This document shows, in pieces, positions 14,668-23,743 of a stretch of 24,129 nt of DNA. This DNA is from a virus. Lineage: Duplodnaviria; Caudoviricetes. Both the position numbers and the translations under genes were made by a program. The stretch spans positions 1 to 24,129 of IMG/VR virus record IMGVR_UViG_3300017722_002106; one strand, written 5' to 3'. Below the pieces are notes generated by a model that saw nothing but the letters and a program-made list of their open reading frames with translations, was not told the DNA's origin and made no database searches. Numbering within the stretch: position 1 is the stretch's first letter; each line of letters starts with the position of its first letter.

Positions 14668-17439
14668 ATGCAGTTCACGCAACTCGGATACCCTGTCGTT
14701 TCAAGCGATCTTCACTCCAAACTCTTTGGAAAAGAGAAAGCTCGTCAGATGAGCAACCGATCTCTGCGACAAGCAGAGTCTTTGCTGCGAAAGTTCAATG
14801 TTCAAGTCCCGGTAGATCACCCCAGAGGATTGTACGATGGCCCCTTGCCATTGCCTAGCCTAAGGGGTGATTTTTTGCACGACCACTTTGAGGCCATCGC
14901 CACAGAGCAGATCGGTCATTACAAGCAGCTGGCCGACGAGTTTTCAAAATGTGCCCTACCCCCCCTACCCCCTGTACACGAGTTAAGGTTTGAGCCGGGC
15001 TGGATGAGGTACGAGTGGGTTGAAAACGAAGCCGCCGGAGGCTGGTACATTGAGCATGTTGACTTCCCTTCGGAAGATGCCTTCACGTTCGATACGGAAA
15101 CTTACGTCCACGGGGGTGCCTTCCCGATCATTGGTACCGCACTAAGCGAAAAAGCCACGTACATTTGGTTGGCCAAAGAACTTATAGACCCCACACTCCC
15201 CGAGGAGGAGTGGGACCAGTACAACCTGATCCCTGTGGGCAAAGGTAGATTTATAGCTGGTCACAATATCTCTTACGACCGTGTTCGTGCTCAAGAAGGT
15301 TACAACCTTGAAAACACGGAGCCTGAGAACTTCTACTTCGACACTCTGTCTGCTCACATTGGTGTGTCCGGGCTTGCAAGCGGTCAACGTTGGTTATATG
15401 TTCTGGCGGGTAAAGATCCTGACAACCTGACGGCGGAAGAGAAGAGGAAGTTGCGGTATGCCCCTAAGTGGTTGGAAAAAGGAGCCACTAATAGCTTGGT
15501 CCAATGCTATAACTTCCACGTTGCGGCGGTCAAGCAGTTTTTCGGGGAGGACGTCAATGAACTCGGAGCGGCGGACAAGAAAGTTCGTGAAATCTTTGTA
15601 AAAGCTACCGATCTGAGTCAAATCACTCAGGTGTTGACTCAAGCAGTTGACTACGCTGTGAAAGATGCTTACTACACTGCCGAATTGTTTCAGGCGCTGT
15701 GGCCAAAGTATTTGGACTCAACTCCATCTATGACGGCTCTTTGCGGCCACTATCACTTGAACGGTTCGGTCATTCCCTTGGTGCCTGACTGGCAAGAGTG
15801 GATTGAAAACGTGGAGAAAGTTTACAAAGAGCACAACAATGAGATGACCGACCTCTGCAAGTCTCTAGCCGTTGAAGTATACGAAGAGTGGAAAAGTATT
15901 GAGGATCCAGAAGAAAAGCGAGAGTGGGAGAGGAAAGACCCCTGGCTGTCTCAGTTGCGTTGGGGTGTGCAAAGCGTAAGAGGAAAGTATGCCGGAGTGC
16001 CTGACTGGTACCGGCCCTTTGTCAAAGACCCTGACACCCACATCGGGGTGAAGAGCGATTTGTCTCATTTGATGTTGAAACTCAAGTGGGAAGGAGTTCC
16101 AATGATTCTAACCGACGAGAACGGTTGGTGTTTTCACAACTCCGAGGGCAAACTCGAAAAGTTACCTCACCCGAAAGGTAAAGGGGACAACGTGGGAGGT
16201 GTTCTGAGCAAGGACTTCGTGGAGCATATGGAGGTTGGCCGCCTAAGTAGTGACCTGCCCGAGTCAAAGCGGGCTCTTGAAATTGCCAACGCAGTGAGTT
16301 ACTGGACATCGGTCCGCAGCCGAGTTATGAGCCGCATATTTCTGAAAACACACAACCCCCATGGCGAGGATGCTTTTATAACTTTGCCTGAAATTTTAGC
16401 CCATGGCACCGTAACGAGGCGCACAGTAGAATCGCTCATGGTTACAATGTGCAAAACCAAGAACTGGCGGATCGGCACCGAGCTGAAGACACGAGTGCAA
16501 GCACCCGATGGCTGGAAAGTCGTGGGCGCTGACTTTGACGGCCAAGAAATGCAAATCGCCAGCATCTACAGCGACAAGTGGGAAGGGGGTTTTGTCGGTT
16601 GTTCTCCGTTTGGCTACAACGTGCTTTCCGGGTCAAAGGAGGCAGGCACCGACCCTCACAGCGCACTGGCTCGTCTTTGCGGTATTGACCGGGATACCGC
16701 CAAGATAGTTGGATTCGCTATTCTGTACGGTGCCGGTGCCCGTGCGGTTCAAACGTACATTCGGCAAAAGTACCCTGAAAAGTCTCCCGCCGAGGTTAAA
16801 AACATCGCCTTCAAACTTCTCCAGAGCAAGAAGGGTGTGTCTCGAAACGGCCTGTACGAAGACGGTCTTGACTCCGGCTGCTTCAACTTCATGGAAGAGA
16901 TCGCCATGCACTCGAAACTCCCCCAGCTCCCCTGCTTGGGCACCAAGATCTCAACTGCGATGAGACCCTCTGCGGTTGGCGAAGACTTTAAGACTGGTCG
17001 GGTGAACTGGACGATTCAAGCTTCGGGTGCCGAAATTCTTTCAATTCTCTTGACAGCGGTTCACTGGTTGGCACGAGAGTATAGGATCCCTTGCCGGTTC
17101 ATCCTCAGTATTCACGACGAAGTGTGGTTCCTGGCGCCGGAGAAATACGCAGAGCAGTTTGCCGTTCTCTTTCAGATTGCTCACGTCTACACCTGGTCTT
17201 TTTTCCACTCTCAGTTGGGCATACCCGAACTACCCCTATCTCGGGCATTCTTCTCAACGGTTGCAATTGACGATCGACTCCGTAAGTCCACCAAGGAAAA
17301 AACCACGACCATTTCTCACTCAGCCGGTGACAAAGAACCATTCGGCATTGAATACTCAATGTCTGAGCTGGCCGAGATCGGAGCCGTAGGCAAACTTACG
17401 ACTCGCTACAACGCTATTCAAAAAGGCTTAATCAAATGA
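14668..17439 (+). CDS. Family A DNA polymerase, mitochondrial Pol gamma-like
   Basis: Exo I FDTET, Exo II GHNISYDR, Exo III YAVKD; KLPHPKG...NVG; GTVTRRTVE; motif A VGADFDGQE, motif B RDTAKIVGFAILYGAG, RVNWTIQ, motif C SIHDEV; LPLSRAFFS..AID. Confidence 0.93.
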   Translation: MQFTQLGYPVVSSDLHSKLFGKEKARQMSNRSLRQAESLLRKFNVQVPVDHPRGLYDGPLPLPSLRGDFLHDHFEAIATEQIGHYKQLADEFSKCALPPLPPVHELRFEPGWMRYEWVENEAAGGWYIEHVDFPSEDAFTFDTETYVHGGAFPIIGTALSEKATYIWLAKELIDPTLPEEEWDQYNLIPVGKGRFIAGHNISYDRVRAQEGYNLENTEPENFYFDTLSAHIGVSGLASGQRWLYVLAGKDPDNLTAEEKRKLRYAPKWLEKGATNSLVQCYNFHVAAVKQFFGEDVNELGAADKKVREIFVKATDLSQITQVLTQAVDYAVKDAYYTAELFQALWPKYLDSTPSMTALCGHYHLNGSVIPLVPDWQEWIENVEKVYKEHNNEMTDLCKSLAVEVYEEWKSIEDPEEKREWERKDPWLSQLRWGVQSVRGKYAGVPDWYRPFVKDPDTHIGVKSDLSHLMLKLKWEGVPMILTDENGWCFHNSEGKLEKLPHPKGKGDNVGGVLSKDFVEHMEVGRLSSDLPESKRALEIANAVSYWTSVRSRVMSRIFLKTHNPHGEDAFITLPEILAHGTVTRRTVESLMVTMCKTKNWRIGTELKTRVQAPDGWKVVGADFDGQEMQIASIYSDKWEGGFVGCSPFGYNVLSGSKEAGTDPHSALARLCGIDRDTAKIVGFAILYGAGARAVQTYIRQKYPEKSPAEVKNIAFKLLQSKKGVSRNGLYEDGLDSGCFNFMEEIAMHSKLPQLPCLGTKISTAMRPSAVGEDFKTGRVNWTIQASGAEILSILLTAVHWLAREYRIPCRFILSIHDEVWFLAPEKYAEQFAVLFQIAHVYTWSFFHSQLGIPELPLSRAFFSTVAIDDRLRKSTKEKTTTISHSAGDKEPFGIEYSMSELAEIGAVGKLTTRYNAIQKGLIK

Positions 17440-17642
17440 CACAAAAACGCAAGTCCCGCACTTTCGCTGCCTTTGTTAACACTTTTCGGGGTGTAATTAA
17501 CGAAGAAGGGTGGCGCTCAGTCTACCACGGCGTGGTTGCCTACGATCGCAAGGGTAGAGAAATTCCCTCGTCCGTCAACTGTTGTTACAACGACGACTAT
17601 TACTCTACTGATCAGATCCTACCCCTCGCCCAAGCTCTATGA
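17436..17642 (+). CDS. Hypothetical protein
   Basis: 68-aa ORF with ATGA overlaps at both ends. Confidence 0.7.
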   Translation: MTQKRKSRTFAAFVNTFRGVINEEGWRSVYHGVVAYDRKGREIPSSVNCCYNDDYYSTDQILPLAQAL

Positions 17643-17875
17643 CGCCTTTCCCCCTTCCTCTTGACGTTGACTGTCGCATTGCGGTCATTAACTGGTGGTT
17701 GGAAGATGTAGACTACAGACTGTTTCTTGGTAGAACACAAGAGGCCGTGGAGAGTTTTGAGATTGCCCGCGACATGTACCTTAAACTCCCTGGAGGCACC
17801 GCCGGGGGGGCTCTTGAAGACCGCATAATCGAGAGCCAGGGTAAAACTAGACAAACTAACTCACCTAATCCATGA
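17639..17875 (+). CDS. Hypothetical helical protein
   Basis: 78-aa ORF with ATGA overlaps at both ends. Confidence 0.7.
   Translation: MTPFPLPLDVDCRIAVINWWLEDVDYRLFLGRTQEAVESFEIARDMYLKLPGGTAGGALEDRIIESQGKTRQTNSPNP
17839..17846 (+). promoter_or_regulatory. GGGTAAAA motif, copy 3
   Basis: 25 nt before ATG 17872, the first tail gene. Confidence 0.6.
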
Positions 17876-18189
17876 GAACTATTTCCAGCGACGCACCCCA
17901 ACCGAAGGTCTCAAACGAGAAAAAACTGGAGAGTTTCGCAACAACTCTCAAAGACGGCAGGGTCATCACAATCCGGGAAATGACCGGACGTGACCTTGTT
18001 TTCATGGAGAAAGATCTTGCCAAAGAAGGAGATATCTCCAAAGGCATGAAAATTATCGAACGACTGATTGTCGGAGACGATAAAATCACCTACGAAGAGA
18101 TCCTTGACTTAGGCGTTCGCGACTTTAAGAAACTCAGCGAACTGGTTGCTAAAGCAAATGGCTCTGAGGACGACTCTGACCCAAACTGA
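17872..18189 (+). CDS. Tail assembly chaperone (Mu gp41 / P2 gpE-like)
   Basis: ITIREMTGRDL...ITYEEILDLGVRDFKKL pattern; ends in a slippery heptamer. Confidence 0.75.
   Translation: MRTISSDAPQPKVSNEKKLESFATTLKDGRVITIREMTGRDLVFMEKDLAKEGDISKGMKIIERLIVGDDKITYEEILDLGVRDFKKLSELVAKANGSEDDSDPN
18180..18186 (+). other. Programmed -1 ribosomal frameshift site C CCA AAC
   Basis: X XXY YYZ heptamer in the correct phase directly before TGA 18187; the -1 frame is open into the 18222-18587 ORF. Confidence 0.8.
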
Positions 18190-18587
18190 TTGTAGAGGAC
18201 CTGGAAGACTTCACTTATAAGGTGACGTTCGACCGAGAGTCCTACCTGCATTTCAGGGAAATTTGCCCGAAAGATTTCTATTTTGCCCAGCTGCTTCGCA
18301 ACAAAGACGAGTCTATGCTCCCTTTGCTCTTACGAACCCTAAAAAACCCTGAAGAGCTAGATAATTGGACCATGTCTCAAGCTCAATCCGCCATTGAGTG
18401 GGCAAGCGAAGAACTCCTGACAGAGAAAGTTTTCTCCGTCGAAGACTGGCTAACCACCGCATTCCACCTGTGTAAACAACGCTGGGGGCCCGAAATGGAT
18501 TGGCTCGAAACACAGCCAATGAGCAAAGTGCTTACCATGGTTAGCATCCTAGAAGACTTTGCAAAGGCTCAAAACCCTGACAAGTGA
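18186..18587 (+). CDS. Frameshift extension of the tail chaperone (gpGT-like C-terminal part)
   Basis: The -1 frame reads LIVEDLEDFTYKVTFDRESYLHFREI...HLCKQRWGPEMDWLETQP. Confidence 0.75.
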   Translation: MIVEDLEDFTYKVTFDRESYLHFREICPKDFYFAQLLRNKDESMLPLLLRTLKNPEELDNWTMSQAQSAIEWASEELLTEKVFSVEDWLTTAFHLCKQRWGPEMDWLETQPMSKVLTMVSILEDFAKAQNPDK

Positions 18588-18596
18588 GGACAGGTT

Positions 18597-19010
18597 GTGG
18601 TTAGTTTCAAAATCAGCGGAAACGGTCTTAGACCCTTTAATTTGAACTGGTGGAAGCCCACACAGAAAGAGTGGGCCCCCGTCCTACTTGAAGACCAGAA
18701 ACCTTTCTGGCGCCAAGAGTCAGAGCCCACTTCTGGCAGACCTTGGGCGGCTCTAACCCCCAAGTACGCCATGGCAAAGTTAAAGCGATACCCGGGACAA
18801 CCAATCCTTAGAGCAACGGGGGCTATGCAAGACGGGGCCAAAATATTGCCCGAGAAAGACGGCTTCGTAGTGAAGTCGGCCTTTTACGGCATGTATCACC
18901 AGGGGGGTACAACTAAGATGGTGGCTCGCCCTTGGATGGGAGTCCCGGATACCTCCCTTAAGCACATTGTTCCAATCGCTTGGAAACACATCCTCTCACG
19001 CAAATCCTAA
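18597..19010 (+). CDS. Phage virion morphogenesis / tail completion protein (Mu gpG, P2 gpS-like)
   Basis: P.SGRPWAAL...ILRATGAM...YHQGGT.KM.ARPWMGV signature. Confidence 0.85.
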   Translation: MVSFKISGNGLRPFNLNWWKPTQKEWAPVLLEDQKPFWRQESEPTSGRPWAALTPKYAMAKLKRYPGQPILRATGAMQDGAKILPEKDGFVVKSAFYGMYHQGGTTKMVARPWMGVPDTSLKHIVPIAWKHILSRKS

Positions 19011-19011
19011 A

Positions 19012-19335
19012 ATGGCAAGTTCAAAAAAAGCTACAACCGAAAAGACCGCTGCTGCGGACGTGAAAGACGTCTCAAAAGAGCCGGTCTTCATCGAAGTTCA
19101 AACCCCTTCGGAAGAGCCCGAGCAAGTTTCCGCCACTATTAGCAAGTCTGAAATCGAGACCGATGTGCGCACCCGTCTTACAAAAAGGCCGGTGGAAGAG
19201 AATCCGTTCGTACCCACCAGCCCCGCTGTTCTTGAAGCCGCTGCGAAGCAAATCGCTGAGCAAGAAGGTTTTGACTTTACCCGTGGAACTTCTATCGGTG
19301 CTCGCTTGATCGCACGTTCACGCAATCTTGGCTGA
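19012..19335 (+). CDS. Hypothetical protein with a disordered N-terminus
   Basis: Start revised to ATG 19012 (MASSKKATTEK...). Confidence 0.75.
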   Translation: MASSKKATTEKTAAADVKDVSKEPVFIEVQTPSEEPEQVSATISKSEIETDVRTRLTKRPVEENPFVPTSPAVLEAAAKQIAEQEGFDFTRGTSIGARLIARSRNLG

Positions 19336-19337
19336 AC

Positions 19338-19700
19338 ATGATCTCTTTCCCCTTTCAGCCTCAGTTCACCTGGAGAAAGCTCGGTTACCTTTATCACACG
19401 AACTCTCTAGAATACCGGGCTGTTCTGGAAGAGAATCCGCAGTGGGATGTAATGACAGTGCCCCCGATCGGGGCACAACTGCGGGTGTCAGACTCTAACG
19501 GAAACACCGGCAATCTTCGTCAAGCCTCCTTCATTACCGCCACCCCGACCTCGACTGCGACTGACGCTGTATTCCCCTTCGACACGGAAGCAGAATACCT
19601 GGGTGCGCTGAATATGTACACCCTACAGGGGGTTATCTTAAGGGATTCCGTCAACGGTTACAATATGGACAGCGACCCTGCTTTCACCGGAAAACAATAA
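19338..19700 (+). CDS. LysM/tail-X-like baseplate protein
   Basis: TWRKLGYLY......YRAVLEENP......P.GAQLRV resembles the LysM/gpX pattern; tail-gene context. Confidence 0.6.
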   Translation: MISFPFQPQFTWRKLGYLYHTNSLEYRAVLEENPQWDVMTVPPIGAQLRVSDSNGNTGNLRQASFITATPTSTATDAVFPFDTEAEYLGALNMYTLQGVILRDSVNGYNMDSDPAFTGKQ

Positions 19701-19719
19701 CTGCGCAGCACTCAAAATA

Positions 19720-19727
19720 GGGTAAAA
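19720..19727 (+). promoter_or_regulatory. GGGTAAAA motif, copy 4
   Basis: Intergenic, upstream of the sheath gene leader. Confidence 0.6.
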
Positions 19728-19815
19728 CCTTTTCAAGCACGCCCTCTACGGAGACCTCCCCCGGAATCTGCCTGCCGGTAGGTGTGCCCAAAAAGAAGGC
19801 TCTTCGAGTTTTACA

Positions 19816-22800
19816 ATGGCGACTTTCTCTCTTGGCGGTGGGGTGACCCCTGGCGCTCCTGGCGTTTACATCAATGAAAGTGCTGGCCTCTCGGCAAATG
19901 CCGATATCGCTAGCTTCAGCACAGTTTACATGCTTACGGAGGCTCCCGAAGGCGCACCTGTAACGGTATTCCCCTTCAACACCCCCGTACCTCTGACTTC
20001 TCTCAGCGATTACAAAGTTTTGGTCGGCGGTTCTGTTCCTACCGAACGCATCCCCCTTCTCAGCTATAACTGTGTTGACGAGTTTTTTCAAAACGCCCAG
20101 ATCGGCGACCTCCGCGTTGTTCGCGTTGGCACCCCTAACCAGATTGTAGAGATTGAAATTCTCCCCTCTGGTACAAAACTCAACTCAACCGCGCTGCCTT
20201 CCCCGTTAGCCGCAGGCGACAAAGTCTATGTTCAGCTGATTCTGAACGGCAACCGCCTCGTGGCTGGCGATGGTTCGACTGGCTACACCGCTTCGGGTGA
20301 GTGGCTTGGCGTTCCAGTGACCGTACCGGTTAACTATATCGCCGGGGATGAAGTCAACAACCGCAGAATATCCGCAGCTATTGTCGCTGCTGTGGCTGCT
20401 GCGATCGAAGGCAACCCTAGCATCCGTAGCTCTGTTTACGTTCGTGACTTTGGTCTGGTTAACGACCTGGACACCACCTCGAACTCGCAGAACGGGTACA
20501 TCAATATCGCTGCAAGCACATTCGACGGTAGCGTTACTGTGATCACGGAGCAGCTGCCCGTGGGCGCTAATTACGTGCTCATGCAGAATGCCTACGGGGT
20601 CCAAAACATCGTGGGTCAGCAAGGTAACCTGGTTCGAGTGCCCCAGGATTATATTCAGTGCATCGAAACCGCTTTCGACGGCCAGCAAGATCAGGGCTAC
20701 CTGATCACGCCAACCGCTTATGCTCAGTTTAACGCTGAAGGTCGCGCTCTAGTTGGCGCTGCTGCTGCTGCTCATTGCGCTAGCAACAGTTTTAAGTGGA
20801 TGGCTATAGCTGATCCAGGTCCGTTCCTGATCACCGACGTAAACCTGTATAGTCAGTTCACTCCGCATCAAGCTGCGGAAGACCTGGTTGCCGACTCCAA
20901 GTATCTTGTTGATAACGCAATCTACAAGTGGGTTGGTACGGATGTAACCCATTCTCGCCTTAACTATCAAGCACTTGTTGCCGGTTCCTCCGCTGACTTG
21001 GCTGTTTCTCAATCCACAAATTCTGTGGCCGACGGTCAGAAAATTGGCATCCTGGACTCTGCTATTTACACCGCCAGCGTGAACTCTGCAGCCCTTGGCA
21101 AAGTCGAACTTAACTCCGACAATGCTTGGCCCGTATCGTACCAGATTCAAGAGGTTGACCTGAGTGGTGCTTCCTCGGCGGGGAACGTTTTCCTGCCGTA
21201 CGACGGAACTTCCGTCTTTGTTGTTGCTCCGCCGTTCGATGTCGCGCTTTACGGTGACTACTCTAGCAACTTTGTTTACCTAACTGAAACAGCTTCTCAA
21301 GCCGTCGCAGTGTTGAACCAGGTCACTCTTGCAGGTGGCACTGACAACATGTCCACTCTTCCTACAGGGGCTATTAGCTTCTCGGGTTCGACTGGGACGG
21401 CCTCGCTGACCTACACGACCCCTGTTTGGAATTTCCCTCAAACAATCAATGGTCAAGTTTCCAACCTGGTCCAGAACACCTCTGGTTCTTCCGTCGGGGT
21501 TAACACTCTTCACCTGCCGGCAACACTCCAGGATCCGACCGACACTTACCGTCTGAGCTTTAAGAGCCGCACGATCCTAAACCCTTCGTTGTCTCTCTCT
21601 TCCGTCACTTTCGCAGGCGAAAGCCTTGTGCTGAAAATCGGGGCCGTTAACCACCAGCTGATTAACGGACAGAAGCTGTACTTCACTCAGAATATTACCA
21701 AAAACTCCGCCACCCTGCTTGCTGCTACAACTAGGGCAATTGCGGTTCCTTACTATGTAACCGTGATTGACGCTGACAACTTCGCCCTGTCGGAAAGTCT
21801 GTCTGCCTACTCCGCAGCTTCTTACATCAACGTTCCTTCCTCGGGCACGTTTAGCACCAACCCCTCCATCTTCTACACTTCGCTTCTGGGCGGTCAGCAA
21901 ACCTCGGCCAATCTTACCGAACTGACCGTGGTTCCCTTCGTCCGCGCTCGCAAGTACGCTCTGAACAGCGGAACCATTTACAATGAAGCCGTAAATTCAA
22001 CACTTAACCCTACGACCGGCGCTGCGGCAACTCAGCCCACTGTCTCAATCTTTTTGAACGACAGTACAACCGCTCTGGGGGTTGCTCAGATTTCACCTTT
22101 CGGTGAAACTACTACGGCTGGTTGGTTGCCCGAACTGGTTCTTATTCCGACTGGAGCCACTTCCACCACGACCGAAAACTTCTACTGCACCCCGACAGTG
22201 GATCAGTCTTTTGCAGCTCAAACCCACCTGGTGCCTTCTATCGACCCCATTCTAGGGGGAAGCTATGCTGCGGGTGCTACTGCTGCTGCCGGAACTTTAA
22301 GTTCACCGTCTGCTTATGTTACAGCCTGTGGTTTAGGCGGATCAACCGGCACGTCCGTGCAGGCCGCTGTTGGAAAACTCGTCGGTGTTTACTTTAACGT
22401 TACGGCTGCAGGTGTTGCCCCCGATGGAGCAACTGCGGTTGTTATCGGCGATCGCATGGCCGTTACCTATAACGGGGTGTCTTACACCTGGTTAGTTGTT
22501 CCGGCTGCTGGCGATCTGACCTCTGCTGGTCAACCTCTGTACGGTTCACAAGTTGAGCTTGTGTTCACCGCCGAGCAAACTCCCCCAACAAACCTGTGGC
22601 GCTTTGACGCTGTAACTTCAACCGAAATCATTAGCGACGCTCTTCGCGGCGTTGGCACCCCCGGTGCCCCCCAGGCTGTGTTCATCGAAGCAGGTGTGGA
22701 CAATGTAAATCGTCTCTCCAACGATAGCCAGAACTACTTTAACCCCTTCGGGTTCATTGCGTTCTACGGCCCCTACGTTGAGAACTCTGCTGCTCAGTGG

Positions 22801-23445
22801 GTTCCCCCTTCACCGTACGTGACCGGTGTTGCTGTTCGTCGCTATCGCGCCGAAGGCTACCAGTTCCCCCCGGCTGGCGTCAAGTATCAACTTGCCGACG
22901 CAATGTCTGCTCAAATCGCTATCAATTCCTCCCAGCAAAATCTGTTGAACCCCGAGGGTTGCAACGTGATTCGCACACTGCCCAACTATCCGAGCAGCGC
23001 TGTGTTCATCTGGGGCGGTCGCACTCGCGTCAACACTGCCGACGCCCAACAGCGCCTGTACCAATTCGTGAACACGCGGGTTATTCTGAACGTGGTTTAC
23101 GGCTCACTGCGCAACGCTTTTGACACTCAGATCTTCAACGTGATTGACGGTTTCGGTGTTGCATTCAACCAGATCATCTCGGTTGGAAACAGCGTTCTCA
23201 ACCAGCTGTACAGCCGGGGAGCCCTCTTCGGTGCTCGTCCTGCCGATGCCTTCCAGGTTATCTGTGACGGACGCATCAACCCCCCCGCAAGTCTCGAGAA
23301 CGGTATCATCAATGCCAAGGTCTTTGTGACTCCTGTGCCTACACTGGAGCGCATTCAGGTCGACCTGATTCGAGTTGCCATCGGTCAAATGCAGAACGAG
23401 CTCAATGCTCAAGGTCTAGGCACCAACAACACAAGCCTCGGCTGA
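19816..23445 (+). CDS. Contractile tail sheath protein with a large internal insertion
   Basis: N-terminal PGVYINE; AIADPG; AFYGPYV; PPSPYVTG; PPAG; LNPEGCNVIR; IWGGRT; FVNTRVI; AFQVICD; PVPTLERI. Confidence 0.92.
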   Translation: MATFSLGGGVTPGAPGVYINESAGLSANADIASFSTVYMLTEAPEGAPVTVFPFNTPVPLTSLSDYKVLVGGSVPTERIPLLSYNCVDEFFQNAQIGDLRVVRVGTPNQIVEIEILPSGTKLNSTALPSPLAAGDKVYVQLILNGNRLVAGDGSTGYTASGEWLGVPVTVPVNYIAGDEVNNRRISAAIVAAVAAAIEGNPSIRSSVYVRDFGLVNDLDTTSNSQNGYINIAASTFDGSVTVITEQLPVGANYVLMQNAYGVQNIVGQQGNLVRVPQDYIQCIETAFDGQQDQGYLITPTAYAQFNAEGRALVGAAAAAHCASNSFKWMAIADPGPFLITDVNLYSQFTPHQAAEDLVADSKYLVDNAIYKWVGTDVTHSRLNYQALVAGSSADLAVSQSTNSVADGQKIGILDSAIYTASVNSAALGKVELNSDNAWPVSYQIQEVDLSGASSAGNVFLPYDGTSVFVVAPPFDVALYGDYSSNFVYLTETASQAVAVLNQVTLAGGTDNMSTLPTGAISFSGSTGTASLTYTTPVWNFPQTINGQVSNLVQNTSGSSVGVNTLHLPATLQDPTDTYRLSFKSRTILNPSLSLSSVTFAGESLVLKIGAVNHQLINGQKLYFTQNITKNSATLLAATTRAIAVPYYVTVIDADNFALSESLSAYSAASYINVPSSGTFSTNPSIFYTSLLGGQQTSANLTELTVVPFVRARKYALNSGTIYNEAVNSTLNPTTGAAATQPTVSIFLNDSTTALGVAQISPFGETTTAGWLPELVLIPTGATSTTTENFYCTPTVDQSFAAQTHLVPSIDPILGGSYAAGATAAAGTLSSPSAYVTACGLGGSTGTSVQAAVGKLVGVYFNVTAAGVAPDGATAVVIGDRMAVTYNGVSYTWLVVPAAGDLTSAGQPLYGSQVELVFTAEQTPPTNLWRFDAVTSTEIISDALRGVGTPGAPQAVFIEAGVDNVNRLSNDSQNYFNPFGFIAFYGPYVENSAAQWVPPSPYVTGVAVRRYRAEGYQFPPAGVKYQLADAMSAQIAINSSQQNLLNPEGCNVIRTLPNYPSSAVFIWGGRTRVNTADAQQRLYQFVNTRVILNVVYGSLRNAFDTQIFNVIDGFGVAFNQIISVGNSVLNQLYSRGALFGARPADAFQVICDGRINPPASLENGIINAKVFVTPVPTLERIQVDLIRVAIGQMQNELNAQGLGTNNTSLG

Positions 23446-23461
23446 TTAAACTGAGAGTCAA

Positions 23462-23743
23462 ATGAACAAGGAACTGGCACTACAAATTCCTGACTCTCTT
23501 CTTTTTAACCTGGAATTGCAAGCAAGAGAACAGGGGGTTTCTTTGGAAGCCCTTTGTCTCTCCATTCTTTCCGGGGCAAAACTAGAGGAGACTTTGGTAG
23601 ACCCGGATTTTTACCGTGTCCTCACCCACGAAACAATTAGAGCCGAGCTTCGAAAAGTAATGGAAAGCGATTTGGCTTTTAATGAGAAGAAAACCCGGAT
23701 TGTAAAACTCGAGACTTGCATCTCCCGACGTTACATACGATGA
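23462..23743 (+). CDS. Ribbon-helix-helix (CopG/Arc-like) DNA-binding protein
   Basis: ELALQIPDSLLFNLELQAREQGVSLEALCLSIL pattern. Confidence 0.6.
   Translation: MNKELALQIPDSLLFNLELQAREQGVSLEALCLSILSGAKLEETLVDPDFYRVLTHETIRAELRKVMESDLAFNEKKTRIVKLETCISRRYIR

Noticed and set aside
20824-22755. Intein or intron in the sheath (also considered for the polymerase and gyrA)
   Set aside because: No intein C-terminal HN-C/S/T end or LAGLIDADG motifs were recognised, and the reading frames are continuous.
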